Below are positions 17,409 through 25,936 of a stretch of DNA of 64,000 bases, piece by piece. The translations under genes and the position numbers were made by a program. Source of the DNA: Parcubacteria group bacterium Gr01-1014_3. GTDB lineage: Bacteria > Patescibacteriota > Minisyncoccia > UBA6257 > WO2-44-18. The stretch lies in contig VMGF01000001.1 in the NCBI GenBank assembly GCA_007376445.1, forward strand, positions 21,802 through 85,801, read 5' to 3'. Position 1 is the stretch's first letter. Every line of letters starts with the position of its first letter. Below the pieces are notes generated by a model. It worked only from the letters and a program-made list of their open reading frames with translations. It had not been told where the DNA came from and did not search any database.

Positions 17409-17795
17409 TTATAAAGTTAACTCGTCGAGCAACTTATCAATTTCAGCGCCAATGGCTTCATCGGACTCGAGATAATACTTAACTTCGCCAAGCTGGATCT
17501 GAAAATCCAGATTGCTAGCTTCACTGCGAAGTTTGGCTTCGTTGATCAAAGAAACCGCGCCAGGCGAAACTTTCTGAAGATTCAGATAAGAGAAGCCGCC
17601 GATAACCACGAAAAGCAAAAGGCTGGCCAGAGATAAGGCCATGCTCAACTTCAGACTGTCCAAAACTCCCCGGACTAGACCTGGAAACTGCTTCTGCGGA
17701 GCGGAGATGATTAAATTCTTGGAACGTTCAAGAAAGCCTTTTTCCGGCTGTAGAATCTTCAGTGATTTTAAAAGTTGTAAGATCTTTTCCTCCAT
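17409..17795 (-). CDS. putative anti-sigma factor (single TM)
   Basis: position immediately downstream of ECF sigma gene, central TM helix; inference from context only. Confidence 0.4.
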   Translation of the reverse strand: MEEKILQLLKSLKILQPEKGFLERSKNLIISAPQKQFPGLVRGVLDSLKLSMALSLASLLLFVVIGGFSYLNLQKVSPGAVSLINEAKLRSEASNLDFQIQLGEVKYYLESDEAIGAEIDKLLDELTL

Positions 17796-17804
17796 TTAAT
17801 TTAA

Positions 17805-17847
17805 TTCGCAATATTAATTCTTTTATTTGTACATTCGCGATTACTCC
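17805..17847 (-). promoter_or_regulatory. conserved 43-nt upstream motif, copy C (between ECF sigma and anti-sigma-like gene)
   Basis: TTCGCAATATTAATtcTTTTATTTGTAcATTCGCGATTACTCC; 9 nt from ATG 17795. Confidence 0.6.
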
Positions 17848-18401
17848 GATTCACCATCGGCGGACCGATCTCCCAGTTGTTCCCTGAGAGCATTGAGAGC
17901 GCGGTGCTGGATGAGCCTTACTGCCCCCTCACTTTTACCCAGCGTCGCGGCAATATCGCGATGCGGCAGGTCTTCGATGAATTTCATTATCAAAACGTCT
18001 TGCTGTTCAGGACCCAAGTTCCGCATAGCCTTCTGGATGACTTCCAGACTCAAGATTTTCTCCAGATTGTTTTCCGTCATGTCCACCAGCTTGACCGCGC
18101 TTTCATCCAACTCATCAACGTTGGCATGAAACTTTTTAGTCCGGTAGTGGTCAATGACCTTGTTTCGGGCGATCTGGTAAAGCCAGCTCGAGAATGGAAA
18201 GCCTTGCGACTTATATCCCCGAAGGTTCTGCCAGGCGCTTAAAAACACATCGTGGGTCAAATCTTCGGCCTCATACCGATTAGTGACCTTGAGAAGGATG
18301 AAGCGATAAATTTGAGGCGTGTAGTGGTCGTAAATTTGGCCAAAACACTCCTTTTCGCCCTTCTTAGCCCTATTAATTAATTTATCCTCACCTTCTAGCA
18401 T
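17841..18401 (-). CDS. RNA polymerase ECF-type sigma-70 family factor
   Basis: region 2 (FGQIYDHYTPQIYRFILLKV...DLTHDVFLSAWQNL) and region 4 HTH (DIAATLGKSEGAVRLIQHRALNALR). Confidence 0.85.
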   Translation of the reverse strand: MLEGEDKLINRAKKGEKECFGQIYDHYTPQIYRFILLKVTNRYEAEDLTHDVFLSAWQNLRGYKSQGFPFSSWLYQIARNKVIDHYRTKKFHANVDELDESAVKLVDMTENNLEKILSLEVIQKAMRNLGPEQQDVLIMKFIEDLPHRDIAATLGKSEGAVRLIQHRALNALREQLGDRSADGESE

Positions 18402-18463
18402 ATATAACGAATGAGCAGGGTATTTGTTCCCCGCCCTATACCATGATATAATACTATAAAGTT

Positions 18464-19231
18464 ATGCTTTTGCCTATCCTGATTGGAAGCTTTCTTGTCT
18501 CCTTAATCGCCTTCTCGGGCGTACTTTTTTTGGTTTTTAAGCCACAGCTGGTCCAAAAACTGGCCTTTTACCTGATTAGCTTCTCGGCCGGCACACTTCT
18601 AGCGGTTGTCTTCTTTGACCTGTTGCCGGAAGGTATTGAGTTGGCGGAAGAGATGTCCATAGAACCACATAGCGTAATGCTTTTTGGTCTGGTTGGTTTC
18701 TTAATTTTCTTTTTGATGGAAAGGCTGCTGATCTGGTATCACTGCCACGATCAGGACGTCTGCCAAGTTCACCGGTCCCAATCCACTCCCCTGATCCTGA
18801 TCGGCGACGCGGTACATAACGCTATCGATGGCGTGATCATCGCTCTCGCTTTCATCGCCGACTACAAACTGGGCATTCTTACCACGATTTCTGTGGCGCT
18901 CCATGAGATCCCTCAGGAGATCGGAGACTTCAGCGTGCTAATCCATAACGGCATGAGCCGAGGACGAGCGATCTTTTTTAATGTCATGGTCGCCTTCACC
19001 ACGGTGATCTCCGCGGTGTCATTCTATTACCTAGGCGATTTAGTTAATATCGAATCCTTCCTCCCGGCGGCCTTAGCGCTGGTAGCTGGCGGCTTCATCT
19101 ACATCGCTTCGGTGGATCTCATTCCGGAAATTCACCACGATACACGCCCACGAACCATGCTGATCACCACCATCCTCTTCGTCTTCGGTATTCTAGCGAT
19201 TTATTCAGCGGGTCAACTCTTGCCTCATTAG
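18464..19231 (+). CDS. zupT: ZIP family metal (zinc) transporter
   Basis: 8 TM; ZIP signature HEIPQEIGDFSVL and H-rich loop. Confidence 0.8.
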   Translation: MLLPILIGSFLVSLIAFSGVLFLVFKPQLVQKLAFYLISFSAGTLLAVVFFDLLPEGIELAEEMSIEPHSVMLFGLVGFLIFFLMERLLIWYHCHDQDVCQVHRSQSTPLILIGDAVHNAIDGVIIALAFIADYKLGILTTISVALHEIPQEIGDFSVLIHNGMSRGRAIFFNVMVAFTTVISAVSFYYLGDLVNIESFLPAALALVAGGFIYIASVDLIPEIHHDTRPRTMLITTILFVFGILAIYSAGQLLPH

Positions 19232-19236
19232 TAATT

Positions 19237-19275
19237 AAAAAGCCCCTTGTGGTTGTTACCACAAGGGGCTTTGAT
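19237..19275. terminator. bidirectional terminator after zupT
   Basis: aaaaagccccttgtggttgttaccacaaggggcttt. Confidence 0.7.
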
Positions 19276-19757
19276 TACTGGCCTCTCCAGAACCGCTTGG
19301 TCCAGGCCCAGAGCGCCTTCGCGATCTGGGCGATAGTTCGCATCTGCTGCTGTTCTCGCCACTGGGCCACGCCAACAAGATCCGCGACGATCCGTGGGCT
19401 GTTCTTGATCTGAACCGAGATCACTTCGGGGGTCATGAACTGTCGGCCACGAATTGTGAAAACCGGACGCATTCCGATGACCAGCAATCCCAGCTTGACC
19501 ATCGGACTTCCCCAGCTCGAACCGTAGAAAAGAGCCTCGGTCGGTTCGAGCTGAACGTCGCCGGTCACCCCCAGAACCACTCTCAGATTCTGCGGATCCA
19601 CCATCGTGAGATAAATGGTCATGTTGCCCTGAGTCCGGATCGTCAGCATTTGATCCGCCTGAAGCTCTTCGAGACGAACACTCGGTAGATCCTGGGATTC
19701 GTCGATGAGCTGGGCCAAAACCGGATCCCAACCTTCACGTCCCGTGTTTTCTTTCAT
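19275..19757 (-). CDS. hypothetical protein (GC-rich)
   Basis: GGAGGAG SD before ATG 19757; tandem with next. Confidence 0.5.
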   Translation of the reverse strand: MKENTGREGWDPVLAQLIDESQDLPSVRLEELQADQMLTIRTQGNMTIYLTMVDPQNLRVVLGVTGDVQLEPTEALFYGSSWGSPMVKLGLLVIGMRPVFTIRGRQFMTPEVISVQIKNSPRIVADLVGVAQWREQQQMRTIAQIAKALWAWTKRFWRGQ

Positions 19758-19759
19758 GG

Positions 19760-20035
19760 CTACTCCTCCATCTTGATCCGAAACTCGGTCACGCGCTCGA
19801 CCTCTTTGGGGATCAGCTCCTTCGCTAGGATTCTGCCAACCTCCGGCAAGTTCTCAAGCCGATCCCAGTCCATGATGCACAGCTGCCTGGCGTCCTCGAT
19901 GTTGCCGATGATGACCAGACCCGCGATCACAGTGATCGCGTCCAATTTCTGGTCATCCTTCAGCCTGTCGTACGCCTCTCGTAGACGCAGAGAAAAACTT
20001 TCTCTGTGCTTTTCGCTGGCCAAATAGTGAAGCAT
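19760..20035 (-). CDS. hypothetical protein (GC-rich)
   Basis: GGAGG SD before ATG 20035. Confidence 0.5.
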   Translation of the reverse strand: MLHYLASEKHRESFSLRLREAYDRLKDDQKLDAITVIAGLVIIGNIEDARQLCIMDWDRLENLPEVGRILAKELIPKEVERVTEFRIKMEE

Positions 20036-20158
20036 ATGGTCGCCTCCTTAATGTTCTGGGTTGGATTATATCACTAAATAGCCTGAAAGTCAATAGTTGT
20101 CGAGAGTCGAAATTTAAGCTAAAATAAGCCTGTTCCTTGAATAAAAAGGAGGTGTCGC

Positions 20159-20500
20159 TTGAATGCTGTCTATATCGCGCTTGAAGCCTTGCGTTTCTCC
20201 AAGAAGGCTGGACATGGTGTCTGCCCGCGCCGGGTCGAGGAGCTCCGGATCGAAATCGAGAACGGAGCCGAAATCCATCCGATCCGGGTGAACGCTCTCG
20301 GCGACGGCACCTACACGATCAAGGACGGTCGCCATCGCGTGAAGGCGCACATCCTCGCCGGTTTCTCGGAGATTCTGGCAGTCATCGAGAATACAGCTAG
20401 CCGAATTAAACGTTTACTAAGAAAGGTTTTTGGTTTCCTCAGCCGCTCGAAAGAGCGGTTTTTTATTGTCGCTACTATCACATGTGATAGTACTATCTAG
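20159..20500 (+). CDS. ParB/sulfiredoxin-like nuclease-domain small protein (TTG start)
   Basis: IKDGRHRVKAHILAG matches ParB N-terminal DGxHR signature; GGAGG SD 6 nt before TTG; 3' end overlaps hairpin terminator and palindrome cluster. Confidence 0.5.
   Translation: MNAVYIALEALRFSKKAGHGVCPRRVEELRIEIENGAEIHPIRVNALGDGTYTIKDGRHRVKAHILAGFSEILAVIENTASRIKRLLRKVFGFLSRSKERFFIVATITCDSTI
20441..20466 (+). terminator. rho-independent terminator at 3' end of ParB-like gene
   Basis: ccgctcgaaagagcgg + ttttttatt. Confidence 0.55.
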
Positions 20501-20532
20501 CTGGATAGTACCGCTTTCCTATTGGAAAGCGG
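20475..20532. promoter_or_regulatory. palindromic operator cluster P1
   Basis: CTATCACATGTGATAG, CTATCTAGCTGGATAG, CCGCTTTCCTATTGGAAAGCGG. Confidence 0.5.
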
Positions 20533-20587
20533 TTGCGGGCGAGCTTGTTGTCTTGTAATATATGGTCGTACTTTGAAAGGATAATAA

Positions 20588-20995
20588 ATGGCTGAATGGA
20601 GCGATCGCTCGATCCTTCGGGCGCTTCCCAATCCCAGTACCGCGGGTTATGAGATTAAGATCAAGAATCCGGAGCTCACCTTCTTAGGAGTTAAGAACCA
20701 GCCGGATTTCGCTAATGTTTTTCTGACCGTTTATCCCGACAAACACATCATCGAGCTTAGGTCGCTGAAGTTGTATTTCCAGCAATTCCGCGACAAGGTG
20801 GTGTCCTACGAACGCTTAGTCAATGTCATCTATGATGATCTCGTGGAAGTTTATAAACCAACGCGCTTAAGGATCGTGATGGTTCTCCGACCCCGAGGCG
20901 GAATCAGCTCACGCCTTACGATAGATTCGGATTGGTCGGCGAGAGGAGGCAAGGAACAATTTAAAGACTGGGTCGGCCAGGCCGATGAATGGTAA
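20588..20995 (+). CDS. queF: NADPH-dependent 7-cyano-7-deazaguanine reductase (unimodular type)
   Basis: QueF motif ELRSLKLYFQQFRD (E-x-K-S-L-K-L-Y), size about 135 aa. Confidence 0.7.
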   Translation: MAEWSDRSILRALPNPSTAGYEIKIKNPELTFLGVKNQPDFANVFLTVYPDKHIIELRSLKLYFQQFRDKVVSYERLVNVIYDDLVEVYKPTRLRIVMVLRPRGGISSRLTIDSDWSARGGKEQFKDWVGQADEW

Positions 20996-21027
20996 TTCAA
21001 AGACTCCTCGCGCTAAGCGGGGATTTT

Positions 21028-21345
21028 TTATTTCAAAATCACGATTGCCGCGATTAAAACCAGAAACATCGCCAGCCCGCCTATAGTGATGAAAAGCATA
21101 GCTAACGCCTCCTTTTTAAGGCCAGCCAGATACAGCTGGAGCGGCTTGCCCAAAACTAAAAATCCAGTTATCGATGCCGAGATGACGAATGCGAGAAGAA
21201 AGAGCGTAGGCGCTAAAAAAGTGTCCGGCTCCTTATTGTCAAAAATCGTCTTGGCATTAAACATCAACCAAGCCAGGCCCGACACATACGCCACTACCCC
21301 CACCGCGTCCAACAAACCCCGCAAAACATATTTTTTTAAATTCAT
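21028..21345 (-). CDS. small membrane protein, hypothetical
   Basis: 3 TM; start trimmed to MNLKKYV (ATG 21345) so as not to overlap tRNA. Confidence 0.45.
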   Translation of the reverse strand: MNLKKYVLRGLLDAVGVVAYVSGLAWLMFNAKTIFDNKEPDTFLAPTLFLLAFVISASITGFLVLGKPLQLYLAGLKKEALAMLFITIGGLAMFLVLIAAIVILK

Positions 21346-21390
21346 ATATATTACTAACCCGAGGTTTCGGATAATTTGTTTCGATATTCG

Positions 21391-21461
21391 TGGACCTGAG
21401 GAGAATCGAACTCCTGCCTCGGCAATGCGAATGCCGCGTAATACCACTTTACTACAGGCCC
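21391..21461 (-). tRNA. tRNA-Ala (anticodon CGC)
   Basis: rc folds as cloverleaf: acceptor GGGCCTG/CAGGTCC with G3:U70 Ala identity pair, anticodon loop TTCGCAT, T-arm AGGAG-TTCGATT-CTCCT; CCA not encoded; TTGAAT-N17-TAAAAT promoter upstream. Confidence 0.8.
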
Positions 21462-21471
21462 TAATTTCCCA

Positions 21472-21500
21472 ATTTTAACGCGTAAAATGGATAAATTCAA
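21472..21500 (-). promoter_or_regulatory. tRNA-Ala promoter TTGAAT-N17-TAAAAT
   Basis: rc of 21472-21500; -10 ends about 10 nt before tRNA 5' end. Confidence 0.5.
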
Positions 21501-21520
21501 GAACAGTGTCGAATCTTTAT

Positions 21521-21549
21521 TTGACAAAATCGAGTTTTTCATTTATTCT
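21521..21549 (+). promoter_or_regulatory. promoter TTGACA-N17-TATTCT, divergent from tRNA promoter
   Basis: ttatTTGACAaaatcgagtttttcattTATTCT. Confidence 0.5.
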
Positions 21550-21587
21550 ATTCTCGTTACTTTGACAACTTTTTTTGGAGGTATCTG

Positions 21588-22610
21588 ATGCACAAAGGCA
21601 CAGTGCTAAAAGCGAGGTCGCTTAATAAAAAGGGATTTGGGGAAATTCGTCTATGTACGGGCGAAAAGATCACGGTTAAGAAAGGCGAGAAAAAATTAAT
21701 TTTTTCTTACCACGACAGCTGTGTTGAAGTACCAATCATAAGCCCTCTTTCTAAAACACCGTATACCTACATTACTGCTACAGATTTACCAAATACCATT
21801 GTGGTTTATTATCGCTCATCCTGGAAGGGATTTGGGAATTTACCATGCGCTGCCGGAGTAATTCTTGTTAATGGATCGAAGTTACAGGCCTTGCCTGGTG
21901 TTCGCTCGGAAAGTTTTGTTTGGCCTGATCCAGGCACTTCAAGGCTGGTTATCAGTCGAGTAGAAAAATCGCCATTTGATTCACCGTGCTCGGCATTGCT
22001 AGATACCGAACAACTTCCGCAAAATAATATCGAATCTCTCTATCACTTCCCTGCTCGTGAACCGATAATCGTAGAATCAATAGCGCTAACTAGTTTTGCC
22101 GGGGAGGTTCACTCTTCAGATAATCCAGGAACCGGTGGATCGGGTGGTTCCGTTTCTCATCTGTATCCATGGATTAGCCCTGATGGCAAAAGGCATGGTT
22201 GGGCTTTCGCTTTTCAGGATTGGCATGTCATTGGCAAGAAACGGCCAGCTGGCATCACGCAAAAAACCGGAGAAACGAGCTTTCTTCGCTATGACGGGCA
22301 TCAATTTATTCACAAAGAAACGACCGATGTTCCCCGTTGGCTAGCAGACCGACATATATTTTATGACGGCATTGATTGGGACCAGCCGGAATACTTTGAT
22401 ATTTCACTTGGTGGTGAACAGGCGAATTTCTCAAGACTCAATAAATGGCGGTCTGGGATTTTCCAATTCAATGAGGTCAATTTAGCATTAGCTGCATATC
22501 ATTCTCGCAAAAAATATCTTAAAGATAATAAAATTATACCGCGTTGCGAATGCTGGGAAAAAGCTGATTGGCCCAAACAACGACGAGTTTGTGTTGGTGT
22601 AACTATATAA
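21588..22610 (+). CDS. hypothetical protein
   Basis: TTGACA-N17-TATTCT promoter 21521-21549, GGAGG SD, hairpin terminator 22617-22644; no recognisable domain. Confidence 0.6.
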   Translation: MHKGTVLKARSLNKKGFGEIRLCTGEKITVKKGEKKLIFSYHDSCVEVPIISPLSKTPYTYITATDLPNTIVVYYRSSWKGFGNLPCAAGVILVNGSKLQALPGVRSESFVWPDPGTSRLVISRVEKSPFDSPCSALLDTEQLPQNNIESLYHFPAREPIIVESIALTSFAGEVHSSDNPGTGGSGGSVSHLYPWISPDGKRHGWAFAFQDWHVIGKKRPAGITQKTGETSFLRYDGHQFIHKETTDVPRWLADRHIFYDGIDWDQPEYFDISLGGEQANFSRLNKWRSGIFQFNEVNLALAAYHSRKKYLKDNKIIPRCECWEKADWPKQRRVCVGVTI

Positions 22611-22616
22611 AAACGT

Positions 22617-22644
22617 AAAACCGGCTTGTAGCCGGTTTTTTTTA
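22617..22644. terminator. bidirectional terminator
   Basis: aaaaccggcttgtagccggtttttttt. Confidence 0.7.
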
Positions 22645-22671
22645 ATTCCTTGTAAATTATGAACCTCTTGT

Positions 22672-23688
22672 CTACTTCGTGTAATAAATGAACTCCAATA
22701 TAATAAGCGCAAACCAACCGGCTTGCAAGATGAAGAACAGGACGATCTGAACCAGTTCCAGGAAGTGAGTTCGGGAAACGCTGAAGTTTTCCGAGATGAT
22801 GTGGTAGATATCTTCGAGTGATCCAAGCTTGGTTTCGATGGTTTTCCGCCATTCCTCCATCTTGAATTTTTTTGATACTAGGTCATACAAACGAGCCGAG
22901 AACCAGTCACCGATCAGCTTAATATCCCGGTCGATCGCCTCAAAGTCCGCGATAGCTTTTGATCGCACCTCGATCACTTCCTTAAAAGCGCGAGCAAGCT
23001 CTTTGCGGTTAGCCAGCAAGCGGGTATCCGGTTTCTGAGCAAACTGCGTCACTTTTCGCAAACGGTCGTCCAATTCAAAATCCAAAGCCCGGTATCTCAG
23101 GAGCTGAAGATTCGCGGTCTGGAAAAGATCGATGATCTCGTCTACATCGCCCTTAGTATCAAAAACGAAGGCGCCATCCCAGTCGACGATCACCAGGTCG
23201 TCTTTGGCGTACTTGATCTGCCTGGAAAGCGTGTATTCAATTTCGTTGTCATCCAGCGGCTCTTTTTCGGATTTCAGGAAAGCCGCGATCTCGTTTTTCT
23301 TATTGAAAAACTGATCCGGGTCGCCCTTGTATCCAGAAACCAAAGCCACGGAATATTCTTCGCTTAAGTGTTGTTTGGCGCCGCGTTTTTGGGAAATTTT
23401 ATGGCAAGTGTCGATAAGAGCCTCGCGCAAAGCGAAGGTTTCCGGGGAAAAAATATCGTCCACCACCACCGTGGCTTCAACCACCATGTTGCCAGGCGGA
23501 TAGCTGCGGATCAGGAACTTCACTTTCCTGCCATCCACGGTAATCTGCTCCTCGCCCATGGCGAACTGCTTGGGGATAGTTTCCTCATAATACTGCGGGG
23601 CGCTTTCCAGTGGCTTAGCCGACAATTCAGCCCCTTTTTTGACCTTAGGGGTCTCGGAAACGACGAATGAGATGAGTTTGAACTCCAT
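22672..23688 (-). CDS. hypothetical protein with C-terminal TM helices (DUF155/RMD1-like, uncertain)
   Basis: long soluble domain plus C-terminal hydrophobic pair; 115-nt leader with long-range inverted repeat. Confidence 0.55.
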   Translation of the reverse strand: MEFKLISFVVSETPKVKKGAELSAKPLESAPQYYEETIPKQFAMGEEQITVDGRKVKFLIRSYPPGNMVVEATVVVDDIFSPETFALREALIDTCHKISQKRGAKQHLSEEYSVALVSGYKGDPDQFFNKKNEIAAFLKSEKEPLDDNEIEYTLSRQIKYAKDDLVIVDWDGAFVFDTKGDVDEIIDLFQTANLQLLRYRALDFELDDRLRKVTQFAQKPDTRLLANRKELARAFKEVIEVRSKAIADFEAIDRDIKLIGDWFSARLYDLVSKKFKMEEWRKTIETKLGSLEDIYHIISENFSVSRTHFLELVQIVLFFILQAGWFALIILEFIYYTK

Positions 23689-23958
23689 CCCGTTAGAAGC
23701 AGGTCGTCGAAGACGACCGCGGATTTGCCGTCCGACAACGGTTCAGTAAAAGCTTTAATTTATTGTTTAAGCTGTGTGTCATAGATTAGTTGCTTCTAAC
23801 GGGATCTATGTTTTTATCATAGCACTTTATGGACTTTAGAGACTTTAAGGACTTTCGGCTTATAAAGTTATCCACATAAGCCAAAATAGGCCAGAATTTC
23901 AATGGTATAATTAAAAACATAGTGAAAGGTCGGCTTTAAACATAAACAAACAATACTT

Positions 23959-24645
23959 ATGCTTATTGAAAGCTGGGTAAACGTATTAAGAGCTTCTTTG
24001 CAAAACCTCTGGCTCACTGTAGCCGGTTTTTTGCCGTCCCTAATGGGCGCCATCCTGGTCTTCATCGTCGGCTTAATTGTCGCCGCTGTCTTGGACCGGG
24101 TAGTTGAGAGACTTATTTACTACCTTAAAGTTGACGCGGTTCTCCGCAAACTTGGAGTAGAACAATACCTGCACCGCGCGAATTTGACCCTTGATTCGGG
24201 CCATTTCGTCGGTAAGATCGTTTACTGGTTCTTTGTATTGGCTTTCTTGCTTGCCGCATCCGACATTTTGGGATTTTTCACCCTTTCCGGATTCATTCGC
24301 GACGTACTTAGCTACGTCCCGGATATCTTGGTGGCGATTATGATCCTCTTGTCGGCGCTGATGATCGCGACTTTCTTGCGACGATTGGTAATGGCGAGCG
24401 TGATGAGCGCGCAAATCCACGGCGCCAAGGGGCTAGCAATGGTTACTTGGTGGGTGGTTATGATTTTCGGCCTTTTGACTGCTTTAGTGCAATTGGGAGT
24501 CGCCGTTAACATTATCAATACCGTTATCACCGGATTGATCGCTATGATGGCCATCGCTGGCGGTCTGGCGTTCGGTTTGGGAGGTAAAGAGTACGCGTCA
24601 AAGCTCTTGCAAAGAGTCGAAGACGAGATCGAACACAAGAGGTAA
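23959..24645 (+). CDS. integral membrane protein, hypothetical
   Basis: about 6 TM helices; bidirectional terminator 24663-24703. Confidence 0.6.
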   Translation: MLIESWVNVLRASLQNLWLTVAGFLPSLMGAILVFIVGLIVAAVLDRVVERLIYYLKVDAVLRKLGVEQYLHRANLTLDSGHFVGKIVYWFFVLAFLLAASDILGFFTLSGFIRDVLSYVPDILVAIMILLSALMIATFLRRLVMASVMSAQIHGAKGLAMVTWWVVMIFGLLTALVQLGVAVNIINTVITGLIAMMAIAGGLAFGLGGKEYASKLLQRVEDEIEHKR

Positions 24646-24662
24646 ACCTCTTAGTTCATCAA

Positions 24663-24703
24663 AACAAAAACCTCCGCAAACTGGCGCGGAGGTTTTTGTT
24701 TTG
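24663..24703. terminator. bidirectional terminator between membrane protein gene and ftsZ
   Basis: aaaaacctccgcaaactggcgcggaggtttttgtttt. Confidence 0.7.
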
Positions 24704-24706
24704 GGT

Positions 24707-25921
24707 CTATCTTTTTTTTCTTAAGAATGTCGGAATGTCCCAGATATCAGATTTTTCCTTTTTTTCTTCTTTGGCTTTATCTTTAGACTTATCTTTGCCG
24801 AAATCCAATAATTCGTCTTTAGTGGAAGCCAAAACTACTTTTTCTTTGCCGTTAGCCGGAGGAAACGTCGAGTCTTTTTTATCGGTAAAAGGAGTAATTC
24901 TTGGTGTAAATAAGCCAGAGCCCGTCTCTTCAATGCCTTTCAGGGTCGTACTTCCATTGAAGCCAGTAGCGATCAAAATAACCTTGATCTGACCCTTCTT
25001 GAGTTTACGGTCATGATAAGCGCCAAAGATGATCTTTGCCGAAGTATCGATAGACTCCCCGATGACCTTGGCAATGTCGTGAATTTCGTTCATTTTAAGG
25101 TCCTTTCCACCGGAGACGGCAAAGAGCACACCCTTAGCGCCATCGATGGCAATTTCGAGTAATGGTGAATTAATAGCCTGATCCACCGCGCTCATGGCGC
25201 GATCACTGCCACCACTCAAACCGATACCCACGAGAGCCGGGCCGGCTTCTTTCATAATGGCTTTCACATCGGCGAAGTCCACGTTGATGATGCCCGGCAT
25301 CGCGATCAACTCGGAAATACCCTGCACGCTGTAGCGAAGCACGTCATCAATATATTCAAACGCCTTGATGATCGGAGTATCTTTTTGGATCACGCTAAAA
25401 ATCCGGTCATTCGGAATAACGATCAGGGTATCCACTTTTTCTTTTATTTTTAATAAAGCTTCCGCGGCAATTTTTGAACGCTGAACGCCTTCGAAAGCGA
25501 ACGGTTTAGTGACAATAGCGATCGTAAGCGCGCCGGATTCTTTAGCTACTTCGGCAACCACGGCAGACGCGCCGGAACCGGTGCCGCCACCCAAACCGGC
25601 AGTAATAAAGACCAAGTCAGCGCCCTTCAAGGCTTCGGCGATCTCCGAGCGATTCTCTTCAGCCGCCTGACGGCCTAATTCCGGATTCATACCAGTGCCA
25701 AGACCGCGGGTTAAGTTCTTACCGATATAAATGCGTGATTTAGCGTTGCAGTAATCCAAATCCTGCGCGTCGGTGTTGATAGCGATGTAATCGAGACCCT
25801 TGATCGTCAAGCTGTCTCTCATGCGAGAAATGGCATTACCGCCACCGCCGCCCACGCCGACGACTTTGATCTTGGCGCTATAATCGCTTAATTTTTTTTG
25901 TGGTTTATTATTGCCTGCCAT
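24707..25921 (-). CDS. ftsZ: cell division GTPase FtsZ
   Basis: tubulin signature GGGTGSG, NTDAQ, C-terminal disordered basic tail. Confidence 0.95.
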   Translation of the reverse strand: MAGNNKPQKKLSDYSAKIKVVGVGGGGGNAISRMRDSLTIKGLDYIAINTDAQDLDYCNAKSRIYIGKNLTRGLGTGMNPELGRQAAEENRSEIAEALKGADLVFITAGLGGGTGSGASAVVAEVAKESGALTIAIVTKPFAFEGVQRSKIAAEALLKIKEKVDTLIVIPNDRIFSVIQKDTPIIKAFEYIDDVLRYSVQGISELIAMPGIINVDFADVKAIMKEAGPALVGIGLSGGSDRAMSAVDQAINSPLLEIAIDGAKGVLFAVSGGKDLKMNEIHDIAKVIGESIDTSAKIIFGAYHDRKLKKGQIKVILIATGFNGSTTLKGIEETGSGLFTPRITPFTDKKDSTFPPANGKEKVVLASTKDELLDFGKDKSKDKAKEEKKEKSDIWDIPTFLRKKR

Positions 25922-25936
25922 GTTCTTAAAATAAAC

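Noticed and set aside
19228-19731. Alternative-frame 167-aa ORF overlapping gene 19275-19757
   Set aside because: The 19275-19757 frame has a GGAGGAG SD and ATG. The other frame is Gly/Arg/Ser-rich with no start signal.
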